Part shown: in pieces, positions 13,752 to 26,672 of the stretch
Layout of the letters: each line of letters opens with the position of its first letter
Position numbering within the stretch: position 1 is the stretch's first letter
Assembly (NCBI GenBank): GCA_046563655.1
Contig: CM102285.1
Location: 2,666,001-2,730,000 of the forward strand
From: Yuukianura sp. NJ FZ-2021
Lineage: Eukaryota
Reading direction: 5' to 3'
DNA length: 64,000 bases
Made by a program: the position numbers and the translations under genes
Notes under the pieces: model-generated
Database searches by the model: none
What the model saw: only the letters and a program-made list of their open reading frames with translations
Told to the model about the DNA's origin: nothing

Positions 13752-16730
13752 GAAAGTTTTCAAAAAGTTTTGAATTTAAAAAAATAGATTTTGTGTTTTA
13801 ATTCTTTAACATTTTTGGAACAGCAACTAAGTTCAAACCTCCGTTTTTATCTTTGAATGATTCAATAAACAGACAAAAGAGTTACATCCCACTCGTTGCC
13901 AAGTTACAACGGCAATGAATAAGAAAAAAGCGGGAAAGATCAAAAATCGTTTAGTTTCAAATTTGGCTCTGGTTCATAAAATCCCGGGTTTTATGCTCCA
14001 CAGCGACTTTGAGCTTGTACGTAATAGTTAGTCCTAAACAATTCTTGGCGAGAGAGAAGGAAAAGATAGGATGAGTAGTGTGACAAGAGAAGCTTTAGGT
14101 TACAACGTAATCTGAGAAGCGACCGTTTGAATAATGAGAGTCACGCTGAAAACTAAAAAAACACAGAAAATCGTTGCATTCAGCGAGTTTCAGTATCGTT
14201 TTTGTCGTAACTGAAAACAAATCTCTCATGTTCCAGCAAAAGTGGTCGAGAGGTCTTCCTCCTCTGTCCAACTTTCTTCCATTTGTAATCTGATCCGCTG
14301 TAATCTTCCTCGAGTGACCATTTCTTTATTTCTACAACCAAAGTTGTAACCAAAACAAAACGAAAGGAAAGTTTTTTTTTCAAATCCAAAGCCAAAGTTG
14401 TAGTTCTCCTACAACACAGCGCCGTAGTTTTATGTCCGACAAGGTTAGTTAAATATTTTAAAGAATATTACAAAGGTACAAAAAACACAAACGATGTTTT
14501 TCCTTATGTTTTTAAGTTACTGCGAAAAGAAGGTTTAAATAAAAATTAATTTCTTGAATTCACGTCAAAATGCCGCCCGTTTTTGACATGCTACTTTTCG
14601 CGCCTGCGGTGCTTGATTTCCCACAGCTTGCCACCAACACAACCTACGACAGATGCTGAGTTGTCTGTTCCTAGTTCTGTTTGAATAGATTTTTAGTTTC
14701 TCTACTTTCTCCACTGTCTTCATGGTTCGTTGTAGAAAGTAGTGGTTTTTGGTTTCTCCAAAATTTCTAGACGGTGAAAGACGCTGTTTCATACCATAAC
14801 GACCAAAACAAAAAATCCCAATGCAATACAACCCAAATTGAAAATTTTCGAACTACCCTAACCTGGTAGACACAAAGCTTTTTGATTTTGCCGTCATTTT
14901 GGAAGTTTTGCTGTTTGTGAATTTGCCACTTTTGTTTTGGCCAATATGACCGCCTCTGGGAAATGAAGAAACCGCTTTTCCATCTGGGTTTCCTTTGCCG
15001 CTCTGTCATCATTGCATCTATTATCTCGTTCCAGCCTTGGCTTGATTATGAATCGCTTCGAGAAACCAAAATCCCCCGCCAAATAAAAACGTTCCCCTCC
15101 AGCATCCTACCAAAAATGCCTAAAAAGTCTTCTCTTTTTTAAACTTTTGAATTTTTGGGAGACACGCGGGAAGAAAGCAACCAGCATTTTCGTCTAAACT
15201 CCCCTCGTTACTACTTTCTGCGTCCCCGCATCTTCTTCATCCATTCCATCATCGAACTTTAGTATTACAACCACTTCAATTCGAATCTCCCTCTCTCCAC
15301 TCTCCCCTTGTGCTTATTCAACAGAAAGATTCCAAATATTGGACGTCCCATTATCCCATCTTCTTCTTCTTCTACACACAAAATTCTATTGAAAAAGAAG
15401 GGAAGAAGCACTATGTCCAAAGTGGAGACATTCGATGAAATGGAAGATGCCAAAGTAGCAAGAAAAATAGGATTGACTCAGCTCCAATCCTTAGTTTTCT
15501 AACCACTTCGAGCTTTTTCTGTTGAATGAGCAGAATCATCATCCACGCTCATTTGACCTCCTCTCAAATACTTTTACTTTCACTTTGGAAAAAGTTTTTC
15601 AAAATTTGAAGTGAGAGAGGAGATCATCAAAAAGCAATCCAGGGCGCAAAATTGGAAGATATTTTGAAAATGAGAAAAGATGGGTGCTCACCTGTGAAGA
15701 AACTTTGGATGAAAGAGAATAATGGGCTTCCGTGCGCGGTTAAGGAAAAGCGCGGGAAGAAGATTTTGAAGCGATTCAGAATCTGATTGGACGGATTTTT
15801 TTCCCTAAAGAAAATGATGCCATTTGGTTTCGGCTCATTGAACAAAAGAAAGGAAGCGTATTTCAAGTAAGAAATAGAGCTCAATTGAATGCTTGTGTTT
15901 GGTTTGAAGTGATGGAAGGCTCAAAACGCAGAAACTCAAAAACGGCATTTCCCACTGTCTTAGGAAAATCGGTAATCGAAGAGAACTTGAGAAGCATCAT
16001 GCATAACACTTTTAAGAATTGCCATAAAATTTTACAAGAGTATTAACTTATCGTCTTAAAGTTAAAAAGGGTAAACGTAGTATTTACTCAAACAGGTTTA
16101 CCTTACAGATATTTATCAAATATAAAACTCTATTACCAAAATCAGCACGAATGGCGACATTAAAACTTCTGAATCAGAAATGGCAACATTCTGACGCCAT
16201 CTTCCAGGTTTACTCGAAACTAGAAAGTTCTCCGCTTTAAGGTAGTAGTTGCTTTCACCATTGAAAGGATAACGTTAATGAGTTCTTGCTGCTATGCAAA
16301 TTAAAACAACTACAATTAATACACTGTTCTGTTATAAAAATTCACAAGAAACATGAATAACATAATCATATCATAAAATTTCCCAACACAAGACCTTGAA
16401 CAGTTAGCTCAAAGAGAATAATGCTCAACAATTTTGTACGAAATTTTGCTAACCTAAAACATATCATACAACGCTATACCAAAAAAATAATAATCTTCAA
16501 AACTCTTCAACACTCATAAGCGCCTGGCGGATAGACACGTCGGCTTATTTTAATTATTTTATAAGTTCCCCTCCTTTTGGTTGCTCATACTCAAATTAAA
16601 CTGAAAGTTTGCCCACGTCTTACCACAACTTCAATGAAGAACACTTCTGTATCAGACTTGAGCTTTATCCAAGTTAACTAAAAGACGTCTAGGCTGAGTA
16701 AAATTCGTCTTCGTTTTCAATATTTTGAAA

Positions 16731-18080
16731 ATGTTGACCGAAAAGACATTTTATCATTTTGACAAAATTATTGAATTCGGTATTAAAATTAAAGCTTCGG
16801 CAGCCATATGGAAACCGGAAGAAATGAATCGTTTGAGCAAAACTCGTTACTATTTCTTATACAGCTTGGCTCTGTTTTACTACACTGTTGACACTATCTA
16901 CCAAATTGTTCTGTTCCACAGTCTTGCAATGGATCCTAGCGTTACACTGACAGTTTTAGCAAAAATTGGAATCATTCTGATATTTCGAACGATTCCACTC
17001 TTTTTGCAGTATCATTCATTTATATATCGACGGGAACTGGTCATCTACTACAACAAACTAGTCAACCTCCATCAACGGTTTACAAGTAATCGGAATCAAC
17101 TTTAAATTTTTCACTTATAAATTTAGTAAATTAGGGCCAACCGGGCTGGCCAATTGTCATAAAAACAAGATGAAAAACAAGCTTAAAATTGTATTCATAT
17201 ATTTGTTTTTTTAGGATTGCACCATCGCGGTGAGTATGTTCCAACTGGAAAGTCGCGTTACCTCGACATAAACTTACTTGCAACAATAGGTCACTACCAC
17301 GTGCTAATTTTTCCAGTCTTGGCAGCTATGAATGTGTTTCTTGACCCCATGAGTCCACAGTTTTGGCCATCCCATGTTCTGCCAACATCAGTTTACAAAT
17401 TTCCGCCAGTATTGTTTGCTTACTTTCTAGTGGAATGGCATGTAACAGCAAGTGGTGCATACGCTGCTATCGTTTTTGGATGTTTCTTGATCTTGCATCC
17501 TCACGCATTAAAAGAGTGGCTCACAATTTTGAGGTTTTATTAATCAGAAAATAGACAATGTAGAAATCATTGAGAATAATTACGATTTTTAAAATTTTCT
17601 AGCGACAAGTTTAAGACAAAACACCATCAGCATGAAGTTCTTAATTGTGAGCCACGCGAGTACATCATGGCGTACAAAGAACTGCAGCTACTGGATGCAA
17701 TCTACCAAAAAGCATACAGGACTATAATGCCATGCGCATACTTTGCCATAATTTTTGATCACACAATGACAAACTGTATGATAATTCTACATAAACATTT
17801 GCCCACTCAGATCGTTGTGGTAGTGGTTATAGGAAATATTTTACTGTCATCCGCTGTCCATGTGTGGCTCAAAAGCGGTGGAGACGTTAGCCAAAGCGCA
17901 TTGGAGTTTAAAGCGCGCATGCGCTGTAGCACGTCTGTTTTGGCTGTAAAGGACGCCGCAGCTTGTCGGCCGCTCGAAGTGGAAATTGGGCCCTTTATGA
18001 AACTCGATAAGGACTCACTCATTTGCTATTTGTCTGTCTTAACGAATTACATTGTTCAAGTGCTAGTTTACACTCAATAA
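16731..18080 (+). CDS. Divergent 7TM chemoreceptor-like protein (GR/OR superfamily-like), array 1 copy A, ~383 aa
   Basis: Exons 16731-17085, 17215-17533, 17603-18080 in frame. Many hydrophobic segments; C-terminus ACRPLEVEIGPFMKLDKDSLICYLSVLTNYIVQVLVY resembles the GR/OR TM7 region. Close paralog of copies B and C. Confidence 0.78.
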
Positions 18081-18696
18081 ACATACCGCTACTTGGTATG
18101 TCTTCATTGTTCGTAGGCATCAAATTTGGTGAATTCAGAACAAACATTTTTTGGAAAAGCTCACATAAAATACTGCACGTTCAGCGTTCTCAATCACTTT
18201 CACAGAAAACTCGTATAGCAAAACAAGAAAACGAAAACCTCGAAAACAAATATAGCACACAAAAACATTACTAAACTTGAAAGTGTTTTCGGGGACGTTA
18301 GACGGTTCTAGACATGTAGAACTTTGAATGTAAAAAATACACTTCAAGTTCCTATTTTTCATCGATTGACCTTGAGCAATTGACCTCTAAAATATCAAAA
18401 CACTACAAAATTATTTAGCCAAAATTCCACCAACCCGAAAACCTAATTTCCAAAAACTTTTGTGACTTGACTAATTTCTCAAGTTGACAAAAGGAAATAA
18501 AGAATACCTTCCAAAATTGTAATTTTTTGATGAATTTACCACTCCTTTTCAGAGCCACGTTCAAATGAAATTGAACACTTTAGCGCAACCAGGTTATGAT
18601 AACGGTTAAGCAATTGATGGCATATTGACTTTGTACACAAAGGAAGGCGTGATCTTTAGTCTCATATGGTTTTGCCCATGCTCAAAAGTGTTGAGA

Positions 18697-18726
18697 ATGT
18701 TAACCAAACAGGCTTTTGAACAATGA
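18697..18726 (+). pseudogene. 5' stub of a copy-C-like receptor gene at a duplication junction
   Basis: ATGTTAACCAAACAGGC matches the start of copy C (ATGTTAACCAAAAAGGC, 22070). The preceding ~18090-18700 parallels the B-C intergenic region ~21490-22070. Stop after 9 codons. Confidence 0.6.
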
Positions 18727-18846
18727 TCAACATTTTTATGCCATGTTCAGCTAACGTAAATACATATACCATGCAATCCCATATAAAAAACAAATTTCAA
18801 AAACTCTTCAACTCTACCAGCGCTTGGCCGAAAGCAACACCGGTTT

Positions 18847-19933
18847 ATTAAGTATCGTCAGATACTTATAGGGATCGTAATGTCCGTCCGTCTGTCTGTC
18901 TGTCCGTCTGTCTGTCCGTCTGTCTGTCTGTCCGTCTGTATACTAGCTACAATATCTCTGGAACCGCTGGACCGATTTTCAATCTGTCTTCACAGATCAA
19001 CTACGCATGGTCCAGGGATGATTAATCGGTGTCCAGCTTGACCGGAAGTTGTCCAGGTTCGGGTCAAAGGTCAAGGTCAAATACATTTTTGACGGAAATC
19101 GGGAAAGTCACCCTTATAAAAGTTGTCCGTCTCATCGAGTCGAACAACTTTTGTATAGGTGACCTTGACCTCTGACCCGGGGCTCTGGAGATATAGGCCT
19201 TAGAAGTTGCATTATGGCGAGCCTCATGCAATTCGCGTCTATAACTCCAGAACCACTGGACCGATTTCCAATCTGTCTTCGCGGTTGCGGTTCACATGTA
19301 CCAGGGGTGTATAATCATTGTCCAGCTTGACCGGAAGTTGTCCAGGTCCGGGCCAAAGGTCACGGTCAAGTACTCTATTGGCGGAAATCGAAAAAATTGC
19401 CTCTACAAAAGTTGTGTATCCCATTGTGCTGAACAACTTTTTTAAAGATGACCTTGAGCTTTGATCTACGTTTCCAGAGATACAGACGATAGAAGTTGAA
19501 AATGGCGTCCCTCGTCCTAGTCGGGGAAGCATGACCTACTTTATGTTTTCTCCCGATTCTGGCTGTCTGTCTGTCTGTCCGTCTGTCTGTCTGCACAATA
19601 GTGCCAAAGGTCAAGGTTATGCTTTCTTTACAATACGGAAACGGATGTACAGACTCGGAAGCGGTTTGCGGGGATCCGATTTTGATCACCTCGAGTGACC
19701 TCTAACAGGGTCAAGGCTCACGGTCCTCGTTTTCTCTACAATTCGGAAACGAATGGACCGATGCGGAAATGGTTTCCGGGGATGGATGTTTGACGACGCG
19801 AGGACTAAAATTCCAAATGTTCTTTGACCTCAAGTGACCTCTAACCATATCAGAGGTCTAGTCAACAATATCCTGCGCGGGAACTTTCTATAACTGATCT
19901 GACGATACTTATTTACATCGTCTTTGCAAGAAG
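18847..19933 (+). mobile_element. Helentron-associated non-autonomous element (HINE / DINE-1-like)
   Basis: Subterminal inverted repeat TAAGTATCGTCAGAT (18849-18863) / ATCTGACGATACTTA (19897-19911); 5' hairpin TAAGTATC-GTCA-GATACTTA; GTCY microsatellites; two internal ~289-bp direct repeats; short 3' near-palindrome TCTTTGCAAGA. Inserted in a T run and absent at the matching site of the copy A promoter (~16545). Confidence 0.85.
18882..18937 (+). repeat. (GTCT/GTCC)n microsatellite inside the HINE (second tract ~19563-19592)
   Basis: Directly visible tetranucleotide run gtccgtccgtctgtctgtc... Confidence 0.9.
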
Positions 19934-20122
19934 TTTATTTTAATTATTTTAGAAGTTCCCCTCCTTTTGGTTGCTTATACTCAAATTAAACTGAAAATAT
20001 GCCCACGTCTTACCACAGCTTCTAGGAAAAATACTTTTGTTGCAAAGTTGAGTTTGATTCAAGTAAACAAAAACGTGCATCAGCCCCGATAAAACTCTAG
20101 ATTCGGTTTCGATATTTTGAAA

Positions 20123-21488
20123 ATGTTGATTGAAAAGGCATTTTATCATTTTGAAAAAATTATTGAATTCGGTACTAAAGTTAAAATTTCTGCAGCAATT
20201 TGGAAACCGGAAGAAATGAATCGTATGAGTAAATTTCGTTACTATTTCTTCTACAGCTTGGCTCTGTTCTACTACACTGTTGACGATATCTATCAAATTC
20301 TTCTGTTCCACAATCTAGTAATGGATCCTACCGTTACAGTGACAGTTTTAGGAAAAGTTGGAGTCATTCTGGTATTTCGAACGGTTTCACTCTTTTTCCA
20401 GTATCATTCTTTTATGTATCGAGAGGAAATGGTCATCTACTATAGCAAACTAGTCAACCTCCATCAACGGTTTACAAGTAATCCTTGATCAACTTGTTAT
20501 TTTTCACTGATAAGTTTTACAAAGTAGAGCTACCCGAGGCTGGTCAATTGTAATTATTTATAAAACACGAAACAAGCTAAAAATCGTTGTAATATATTTG
20601 TTTGTTTTTTAGCATTGCATCCTCGCAATGAATATGTTCGAACTGGAAAATCACGGTTCTACATCGACATAGACGTACTGGCAGCAATAGGTCACTACTT
20701 CGTGTTGATTTATCCAATCTTGGCAGCTATGAACGTGTTATTTGACCCCATGAGTCCTCAGTTTTGGCCATCGCATATTTTGCCAACATCAGTATACAAA
20801 TTTCCGCCAGTTTTGTTTGCTTATTTTCTAGTGGAATGGCATGTTACATCTAGTGGCATATTTGCTTTCTCCATTTTTGGATCTTTCTTGGTCGCGCATT
20901 TTTACACAATCGAACACTGGCTCAGAATTTTAAGGTTTTTTTTAGTGTCTAAAAGTAGACGTAGAAAGTGGATATCAAGGTTAGGTTAAATATTTTTTTC
21001 AATTTTCCAGAAACACGTTTGAGCAACAACATCATTTGGATCAAGTTTTTAATTCTAACCCACGCGGATACATCATGGCGTACCAAGAACTGACAGTACT
21101 GGATGCCACCTACCAAAAAGCATACAAGACTCTGCTGCCATGCGCATACTTTACCACAATGTTGGATCACACGATCATTAACTGCACGATAATCCTACAC
21201 AAGTATTTTCCAAATCAAATAGTTGGGGTACTGGTTGTAGCAAATATTGTAGTGTCAACATTTGCCCATGTGTGGCTCAAAAGTGGTGGAAACGTTAGCC
21301 AAAACGCATTGGAGTTTAAAGCCCGCATGCGCTATACTACGTCTGTTTTGGCTGTGAAGGAAGCCAGATCTTGCCGGCCGCTCAAAATGGAAATTGGGCC
21401 CTTTATGAAACTCGATAGGAATTCAGTTATTTGCTATTTCTCTGTCTTAACGAATTACATTGTTCAAGTACTCGTTTGCATTCAATAA
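20123..21488 (+). CDS. Divergent 7TM chemoreceptor-like protein, array 1 copy B, ~384 aa
   Basis: Exons 20123-20477, 20613-20934, 21011-21488 in frame; highly similar to copy A (shared DPMSPQFWPSH, FPPVLFAYFLVEWH, LEFKARMR). Confidence 0.78.
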
Positions 21489-22069
21489 ATTACACCTGTA
21501 CTTGGTATGCGTTCACTGTAAGCACTAAGTTTAATGTATTTAAAGCACAAGTTTAAGTAAATTTGAAAATCTCACATAAAGTACTTCAGGTTCACCATTC
21601 TCAATTAATTTCAAAGAAAACTCAAATTCCTATACTGAAAACCGTTTTCACATATTATGTTGTTTACGTTAGACGGTTGTATGTGTGTAGAACTTCGAAT
21701 GTAAAAAAAAATACGCTGCAGGTTCCAATTTCTCATCGACTGACCTTCGGAAATTGACCGGCTTACTATCCAAACCACAAAAATATTTAGAGAGTCTTAG
21801 CTAGAATTATATCTACCCAAAGACCTATTTTCCGAAAACTTCCGTCACTCCAATTTCTCAAGCTGTAGAAAAAAAAGGAAACCTTCCTAAATTGTAATTC
21901 TTTGATGAGTTTCCACTCCTTTTTATTGTTACGCTCAAATGAAATTGAACACTTCGTAAGCAGCAAGGACTTGGGTTAAACATTTAATGGAAAGTTCAGT
22001 TCGTACAAAAAAGAAGGAAAGACTTATTTAGCCTCAAAACGTTTTTACCAAGCCCCAAAACTATTCGCA

Positions 22070-23419
22070 ATGTTAACCAAAAAGGCCTTGCAGCATTTTG
22101 AGAAAACAATTGAATTTGGTATCAAATTTAAAATTTCGGCAGTAATTTGGAAACCAGAGGAAATGGATCGTCGCAGGAAATTTTGTTACTATTTGTTTTC
22201 CTACATCGCTCTACTTTACTACACAGTAGATACTTGCTACCAAATTGTTATGTTCTACGGTCTATTGACCAATGCTAGCGTTACGGTAACCTTCGTCTCA
22301 AAAATTGGGGTAATTCTGATGTGTCGAACAATGTCAATGTTTTTTGTGTACCATTGTATCTTATATCGGCGACAACTTGTCACTTACTACGAAAAGTTGC
22401 TCAAACTTCATCAACGGTTTACAAGTATTTACTATTTCCTAATTTTTACTATTTAAACTTTTTGTGGCAATAACGGAAAATATTGAATTGAATGTATTGA
22501 TTGAATTGACACAGAAAATACTTCTTTTTAGCATTGCACCATGTCGGAGACGTACCGGAGACAAGAGAGTCGTGGTATCACATCACTGCCAACACCCTTG
22601 CTTTTACCATACATTGCATGGTAATATTGTTCCCAATTTTGCCAGCTCTGAACGTCTTTTTTGATCCGATGAGTCCACAGTATTGGCCATCCCAATTTCT
22701 GTCTACGCCGATTTACAAGTTCCCGCCTGTTTGGTTTGCATACTTTATAGTAGAATGGCATATCATTGCGAGCGGGGTATTTGCTGACTGCATTTTTGCC
22801 ATGTTCTTGGTCATGCATTTTGAAACAGTGAAGTCCTGGCTCAAGATTTTAAGGTTTTAGAACGTACCAGAAAAAAAATTTAAAAGAAAATTCAAATTAT
22901 TGAAACTGAAACTGAAATTGTTGAAATTTTGATTACTGTAGAAACAAGTTTGTGCCAGAACCAATTTGGGGGAAAATTTTGAATTGCGGTTCATGTGAAT
23001 GTATCATGGGCTACAAAGGGCTACAACTCTTGGATGTCAGTTACCAAGCTGCATATAGAGCGCTGATGCCTTTCGCATCTTTTCTCCTAATCCTTACTCT
23101 TACAATGTACAATTGCACAATAATTATGCACCGATATTTTCCGAATCAGGTACTAGCAGCAGTGGCAGTAGCAAACTTTGCTGTATCAGGATTTGTGCAT
23201 TTCTTGTTCAAGAGTGGGGGAGACGTAAGTCAAGGCGCGCTTGAGTTTAAAGCTCGCATGCGTTACACAACGTCCATTTTGGCTGCGAAGGACGCCAGGG
23301 CTTGTCGGCCGCTGAAAATGAAAATTGGCCCTTATATAAAACTGGACAAAGATTCACTCATTTGCTACTATTCAGTATTAACAAATTGCATTGTTAATGT
23401 TCTTGTGTACTTGCAATAA
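22070..23419 (+). CDS. Divergent 7TM chemoreceptor-like protein, array 1 copy C, ~384 aa
   Basis: Exons 22070-22424, 22532-22853, 22942-23419 in frame; same motifs and intron phases (1, 2) as A and B. Confidence 0.78.
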
Positions 23420-24177
23420 ATTCTTTCTTTTTGTTTGTTAATCTAGTGGATCTGAAGCATAATTGCAAAACTTAATTTACAAAAATGTATAAACTGGAAA
23501 AAAAAATCTCTCTATGTCCTAGACCTAAAACTTAAATTAAATTAGAACCTTAAAAGAATACTTTAGAAAATTTAGAAACTTTAGAAAATTAGAAGAAAAT
23601 ATTTAGCAGTCAGTAGTCTTCTTGCTAATTGTGCCAACCCAATAGTCTATTTTCCAAAAACAAATTTCGCAAAGTTATTCCATTTTCCCAACTTTTAGCA
23701 AACGTAGCTCGTATTCCATTGTAATTATTTTTCAATTTCTCCTCCATTTCATTGTTTTTGCTCAAGTTAAACCCAAAACATACCCGAAAACCGATAGAAA
23801 AACGATAGATTATAAGCGACGGATAAAGAGAGGTACGACGATCGACACTGTTAATGTATAAAACAACTTTCGTTAATTATAAACCCTGCGTATGAATTGC
23901 AAAGATACGCAGCAACTGTACAATTTGCTTCACTTGAATTTTGCAGTTAGTAAAATTTTTCATTACAACATTTTTTTTGTTTGTGTTTTTCTATTGCAGT
24001 TCTTTTTAAAGTTTTGAATCTGAAAAATGACAGAGTTTGGATTCTTTACAACTAAAAGCCAATTAATGTAAGGGGATTAAACTTTTGATCGTTCAGATCG
24101 TAGATAGGGCTGGGTCAAATTAAGGTCAAGATACGGTTAGACTGCGTCAGATTACGGTCAAGAGGAGAGAATGATGT

Positions 24178-25306
24178 TTAGGATATGGCTGCGTTTTGTC
24201 CATGCGGTGGCACTGGAACTGCAGCCAAATCCTCTTCCGTTGGACAAATAATGATGTTGAAGCTGTTGTGTACTGGACAAGTAAATGTTCCAAGCTCGTC
24301 GTCGTAGGCGAATGCGTACGTGTACTTGTAAACTGGATGTGACTTCATGTGCGCATAGTATTGAGTGTGGATAATCTTCCCTTGGCGACAAGATGATGGA
24401 GAAATAGATGTTAAACCATCATCAACTGGTACACCATCGACGACCGTCGTTGGGCAACAATACTGGAGCGCTGGATCGCCAGCAATTGGAGCCAGTACTT
24501 GTCCAATTCCAGCTACCCAGTAATTGTCTGTTGGAGCTGTAGCAACTTTGCATGGTGCAAAACAGTGACCTCCATGAGTGGCTGCAAGACTCACTGGAAT
24601 GGGAGTTTGACCAGGAATTTGATAGAAATCGGTTTCAGTTGGACAGTAATCGGCAGCACTGAAGCCAAAAGCAATTGGACCGCAACTGTAAGCAGGGTTA
24701 CTCGGATCCTGAAAAATTTCAAAATGTTTGACATTTGTGTTTAAACAATGTTGTGTGTATAAGTAACTCTTTTTTTGAAATGTTTGAACTTACCGCCAAT
24801 GTGGGTGTAACAGTGACTGGAAAAATGTCATAGCCATCGACAGCACTGAGGTCAAAGTACTGAGCGTTAGTATTTCCCAAAGGTGGGAGAAAGAATTCAT
24901 GGTAGAGTGATCCCGCTGGAATGCAACCATGATTGCCACACGGTGGAAGAGATTGCCCAACTTGACAATTTTGCCCATCATTGTCACATTCTCCCTTAAC
25001 TTGAAATCTTCCACCCCACCCAAGGACATCATCAACTCCAAATTGGTATACTCCATTAGTGTCCAATTTGACAAGATCCGCACTCAACCCACCTCCGGGT
25101 AGAACATCCGAGTTGTTTTGGACTTGAATCCAGACAGGAGTAGTACATTTGTTGGTATATTGAAGGTAACGACTTTGTTTTGCTGGGTTTCTGTTACTCC
25201 AGGTTAGTGTTCCGACTGTCCGCGTTCCAAAAGTGGCGGTGTGGTGCGCATTGCATATGCTTACCGTCAAGAGCGCAAGACCCAAAATCAGTATTTCACA
25301 CTCCAT
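24178..25306 (-). CDS. Secreted thaumatin-like protein (PR-5 family), ~347 aa, 2 exons
   Basis: Exons 25306-24794 and 24708-24178 (phase 0). Signal peptide MECEILILGLALLTVSICNA; thaumatin motifs YTNKCTTPVW, WGGRF, EFF, YFDLSAVDGY, YAFAYDD..GTFTC, IIICP; Cys-rich. Confidence 0.88.
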
Positions 25307-25689
25307 GAGTCAGAACTGTTTTTTAAGAAAACTTTTGGAAAATTTTAAAGTCGCTTTTGTACCAAAACTGATGTTCTAGTCAAGACAAAACTGTAGAAGC
25401 TGGTTGACGAGAATTTGACTTAAAAATGAACAAGTTTTATACGTAGCACTACAAATCGCGTCCCAAGTCGTAGTACTGTAGTGACAAAAAAAAACACCTG
25501 GAATTGCAAACCTTGAACATGTTTCGTAATACTTTCGCCCGAATTCTGGAAATTTTTAAAAAATATTAAATTAAACATGAGGCCTGCTCGCGATGTGAGG
25601 AGTTGAGCAAGAAAAATATTTTTTTTTATAATAGACGAACACGCTTGATTTTCATATGACGCAAATACGGGTACAAATGTCAGAGGCAC

Positions 25690-26672
25690 AACACTTTAGC
25701 TTTTCATTAGCGTTTCCAGTATGCTGTGAATAATAAATGACATGGTTTGAAATCATATCGTACGAAAAGGTTTAGACAAGATTTATCTGTAACTTCTTAA
25801 TTTGCCGAAAGAAATTTGAACTTACCACGGGTATTTACACATTTGTGACAGTGACATTTGTCTTCCAGTTTATTGCATAGAAACTCAAATACAAATATAC
25901 AGTAAGTCCCCAAATTGTTGACGTTGAATTTGATGCAAGTGATGAGGATGACGCCACCGCCATTTCTGAATTTCAGACTAAATTATACTTTAGTGAATTT
26001 CTCAGCCTAATCGTAAAGTTTTCCAAATGCCTCCTCTAGAAAGTTAGATGGTGTAAAGGTGTTTGAAAAAAACAATATTTTGGAAAATTTCAATTTGTCA
26101 TAAATAAGGAAGTTACACTTTTGTGAATTCTCAGCCTAATCGTCATTTTTTCCAAATGCCTTCTGTATAAAGTTAGATGGTGTAAAGGTGTTTGAAAAAA
26201 AAAAACAATATTTTGGAAAATTTCAATTTGCCATAAATAAGGAAGTTACCCTTTAGTGAATTTCTCAGCCTAATCGTAAAGTTTTCCAAATACCACCTGT
26301 AGAAAGTTAGATGGTGTAATAGTGTTTGAAAAAACAATATTTTGGAGGATTTCAATTTGTCATAAGTGAGGAAGTTTTTCTAAAAAACTCGTTTTTCTCA
26401 AATGTTTTTGAGCTTACATTACAAATGTCGCTCTGAAATGTGAAAATGTCTTGTTAAAGGTTATGTCGGAAGGTGATATGCTCCCAAACGTCACGAAAAA
26501 CTGTGTGGACGTAGTGCTTCCAGAACTTCCAGACTTTGAAAAAAGAATCGTTGAGCTATTCGTGTTTTCTCGGGTTCGGATTCGACTGAAGGAGCTGAAC
26601 AATAGCGCTAAGACTAAACTGGATCTTAAAAAACCTGACCACTTCATCAGAGCAGCACCAAAGCTACATTAG
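25690..26672 (+). mobile_element. Possible decayed P-element/THAP9-type transposase remnant
   Basis: Broken frames give HGLKSYRTKRFRQDL (~25740; weakly like GF.Y.LT.RL.QD.LE), an acidic stretch (DVEFDASDEDD) and EKRIVELFVFSRVRIRLKELN (like P-transposase C-termini). Several stops; weak resemblance only. Confidence 0.3.
25984..26376 (+). repeat. Three tandem copies of a ~130-bp unit
   Basis: Unit ..GTGAATTTCTCAGCCTAATCGT..AAGTTAGATGGTGTAA..TTTTGGAAAATTTCAATTTGTCATAAATAAGGAAGTT recurs at ~25984, ~26113 and ~26246. Confidence 0.9.

Noticed and set aside
14894..15105. LAGDFGFSK peptide resembling a kinase DFG motif
   Set aside because: No HRD upstream and no APE or DxWS downstream; probably chance.
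19239..19689. Minus-strand ORFs within the HINE
   Set aside because: They lie in internal repeats and microsatellite and show no Rep or helicase motifs.
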